Below are positions 61,810-64,000 of a DNA stretch of 64,000 bases, one piece after another. The stretch's first letter is position 1. Every line of letters begins with the position of its first letter. The position numbers were made by a program, and so were the translations under genes. This DNA comes from Stegostoma tigrinum (lineage: Eukaryota). Location: assembly GCF_030684315.1 (NCBI RefSeq), contig NC_081354.1, positions 19,338,226-19,402,225 on the forward strand, in the 5' to 3' direction. Below the pieces are notes generated by a model that was given only the letters and a program-made list of their open reading frames with translations, searched no databases and was not told where the DNA came from.

Positions 61810-61940
61810 CTGCAATAAACACTGCTTTCTTTTTGTGAATTCAGTGGGAATACGTATCTAACTCAAGCAAGATAGAGACACTTCAACCTCTAATGTAGAG
61901 TTTGTCTGAGAATTGTGTCATCTTTGCACTCACAATAAGA
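61810..61940 (-). other. Candidate non-coding/UTR exon (131 nt)
   Basis: Acceptor CCTGTTCTTTCCTTTTTAAG and donor CAG|GTCAGT on minus strand; stops in all three frames. Confidence 0.25.
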
Positions 61941-62539
61941 CTTAAAAAGGAAAGAACAGGTACAGGAAAGGAAAGAGTGGCAGCATGTTGGCAGGCAAGG
62001 GAAAACTGAATGAAAATAGGAGCCATACAGATATTGATCTTGTCCAACAACAATATACTTCATGCTAGTGAGAGATACAGAGTCAGGCTATCAGACAGAG
62101 AGAATGCTAACTAAGGCACTATAAGCTGGAGGCTTTCCAAAGGCCAGAAGAGTATAATAGGTATGCAGTACAGAAAGTACTAATAGTACGAGGTTAAAAG
62201 AATATGTCAATATAGCTGGAAAGGAATTTGGAAGGTGGCAGATTAGGATGTGTTTGTCCATGTTACGAGTGAAATAAGTAACAACCCATTGATAGAGCAG
62301 AGGCAGAGTGTAAAACCACCAGAAAGATACAAAGCCTTCGAAAATTTAATCACAAAAATGGGCTGTTTAAGTTAGGCTTGTTTTTCCTTGAGTTTAGAAG
62401 CTTCAAGGGTGATTTAAATCAAGACATTTGAATTGGTAAAGTAATTTTATACAGAAATCCTACTGTAGTCAGAATAGGGAAGTACAATTTTCAAAGTGGA
62501 GTCAGGCAAGTTAAGAGATGGAGTGGAAATCTGGGGCTT

Positions 62540-62905
62540 TAAAAGTGTAAGTGACAGGTGGAGGGTATGCCTACAGGGAGCGAAAGGCAGGGAGACAAAA
62601 GGGGTGGATAATGGTAAGTGGGGAAAACAGAAGAGCTGTTAATGGGGACTGAAACAGGTAAAAATGGGTTGACAGTTGCTGAAAGCAGCCCAAGTGATGA
62701 CAAGGCCTGGGCTGTGGCAAAGGTCATGGAAGGAGGTGCTCTGGCCCTAAAATTAATGAACTCAGTACTGAGAACTGAAGGCGACAGGGTCCCCCAAGCA
62801 GAAAATGAGATGCTGTTCTTCAAACTAGCACTGAACCTCGGTGTAGCAATGAAACAGGCCTGGAACAGAAATGTTCCAGATTTCCAGCATTCACAGTTAT
62901 TATTA
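62540..62905 (-). mobile_element. Neptune-like PLE 3' end (GIY-YIG C-terminus)
   Basis: Manual translation LHCYTEVQC*FEEQHLIFCLGTLSPSVLSTEFINFR (EEQHLIFRLGTL.P.GLN.EF type); inverted pLTR tail CAGATTTCCAGCATTCACAGTT at ~62877-62898. Confidence 0.75.
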
Positions 62906-64000
62906 TTTAAGAAACTCTTCTAGTTCTTTCCTTGGGCTGATACCAAAAATACCCACTTTATCATAAGAGCTGCAACTTGTTCCACATACTGATAACAATT
63001 TGAAAGAGCAAATAAGAACTGACCTTTAACCTATTTCTATGTTGGCACAACTTATATGTATGACCCCTCACTTTCTCTAATCTATTTCAAATAGTCTGTC
63101 TTGACAGATAAGGGGCTAGTCTAGTGCTAAAACAAATGCAAAATAATTTAGTCCTGTCATTATTTTGACTGTTTAAATTAACCCTCCCAGAAACGAAGCT
63201 AGAATAAACAGATCCAGCTTAAGTCTACGGTTGTTAAAAATGGCTTTAATAAAACTGAATTTTCTACTGGTCCATTTTTGTGAATGTTTTCTATGGCCTA
63301 ACACAAGGGAACTGTGGAATTGTTTTCAATAGTGACCAAGATCAGTGAGCAGCAAGGCTAGCATTTTAAATGAACATCCACAGTAGCACAGTTTCAGGTG
63401 GCAATGGAATCCAAAGTACAGTTTCACAGTAGCCTCTTTTATACACAGTTTTTACATACCATAAAATGTTAGCACTATAGTGTCACATATTTGCATCTAT
63501 TGCACATAACTCTGTGTGACATCTGTCCTTGGGAAGCATGAGATAGTTTAAGCACTTGCTCAATCCTGATGGGGATTTATATTGTATCCAGTCTGAGTCT
63601 GCATGATTAAGAGGTGTTAGTCTTTTTGTCTTTAAAGATAATAATGTTAGTAGAAATATTAGACATATATGATCTAAATAAGTGAGAAATTAAGTGTGTT
63701 ACTAAATAAAAAGTATAGAGAATATTAAACTGATCTCCCGCAGCTGCGTCGTGAGATGTCATCCACTATTGCCAGTTTTTACACATTCATTCACGCAGTT
63801 TCATGGAAGTGCTGTTTTGATAGAAACTTTCTTGAAGGGGGCAGCAGCCTTATTTAGTATGTTTTTAAAAAGTATAAATCCGTACATTAGAACAAGATGG
63901 TAGTCCGGAATAAAAGTTAGAACTAGGTGGTACAATGTTATGGAAATAGGTAGTATATAAGGAAACTTCAGAGATAAACAGCAGCAGACTGTTAGGATAT

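Overview
Eukaryotic, AT-rich, repeat-dominated DNA. It is very probably from a shark or ray, inferred from HE1-type tRNA-derived SINEs and dense CR1 LINE debris. I found no intact, recognisable cellular protein-coding gene; the longer ORFs in the track are retroelement fragments or noise. Contents: many CR1 LINE fragments (one young 5' portion with a nearly intact zinc-finger/SGNH-esterase ORF1 and a TAATG stop-start into ORF2), L2 remnants, tRNA-derived SINEs, a degenerate Penelope-like element (RT + GIY-YIG) flanked by inverted pseudo-LTRs, a Neptune-like PLE tail, and a fossil two-gene PIF/Harbinger transposon. The most striking structure is about 10 tiny (70-360 bp) fold-back insertions derived from Penelope pseudo-LTRs. 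They have 10-16 bp target duplications, a fixed ~30 nt arm asymmetry and minimal hammerhead-ribozyme cores (CTGA[T/A]GA-A-stem-GAAACGT[C/T]). A few splice-site-bounded candidate exons and CTCF-like motifs are reported at low confidence. All family assignments come from motif recognition by eye, and boundaries of old repeats are approximate.
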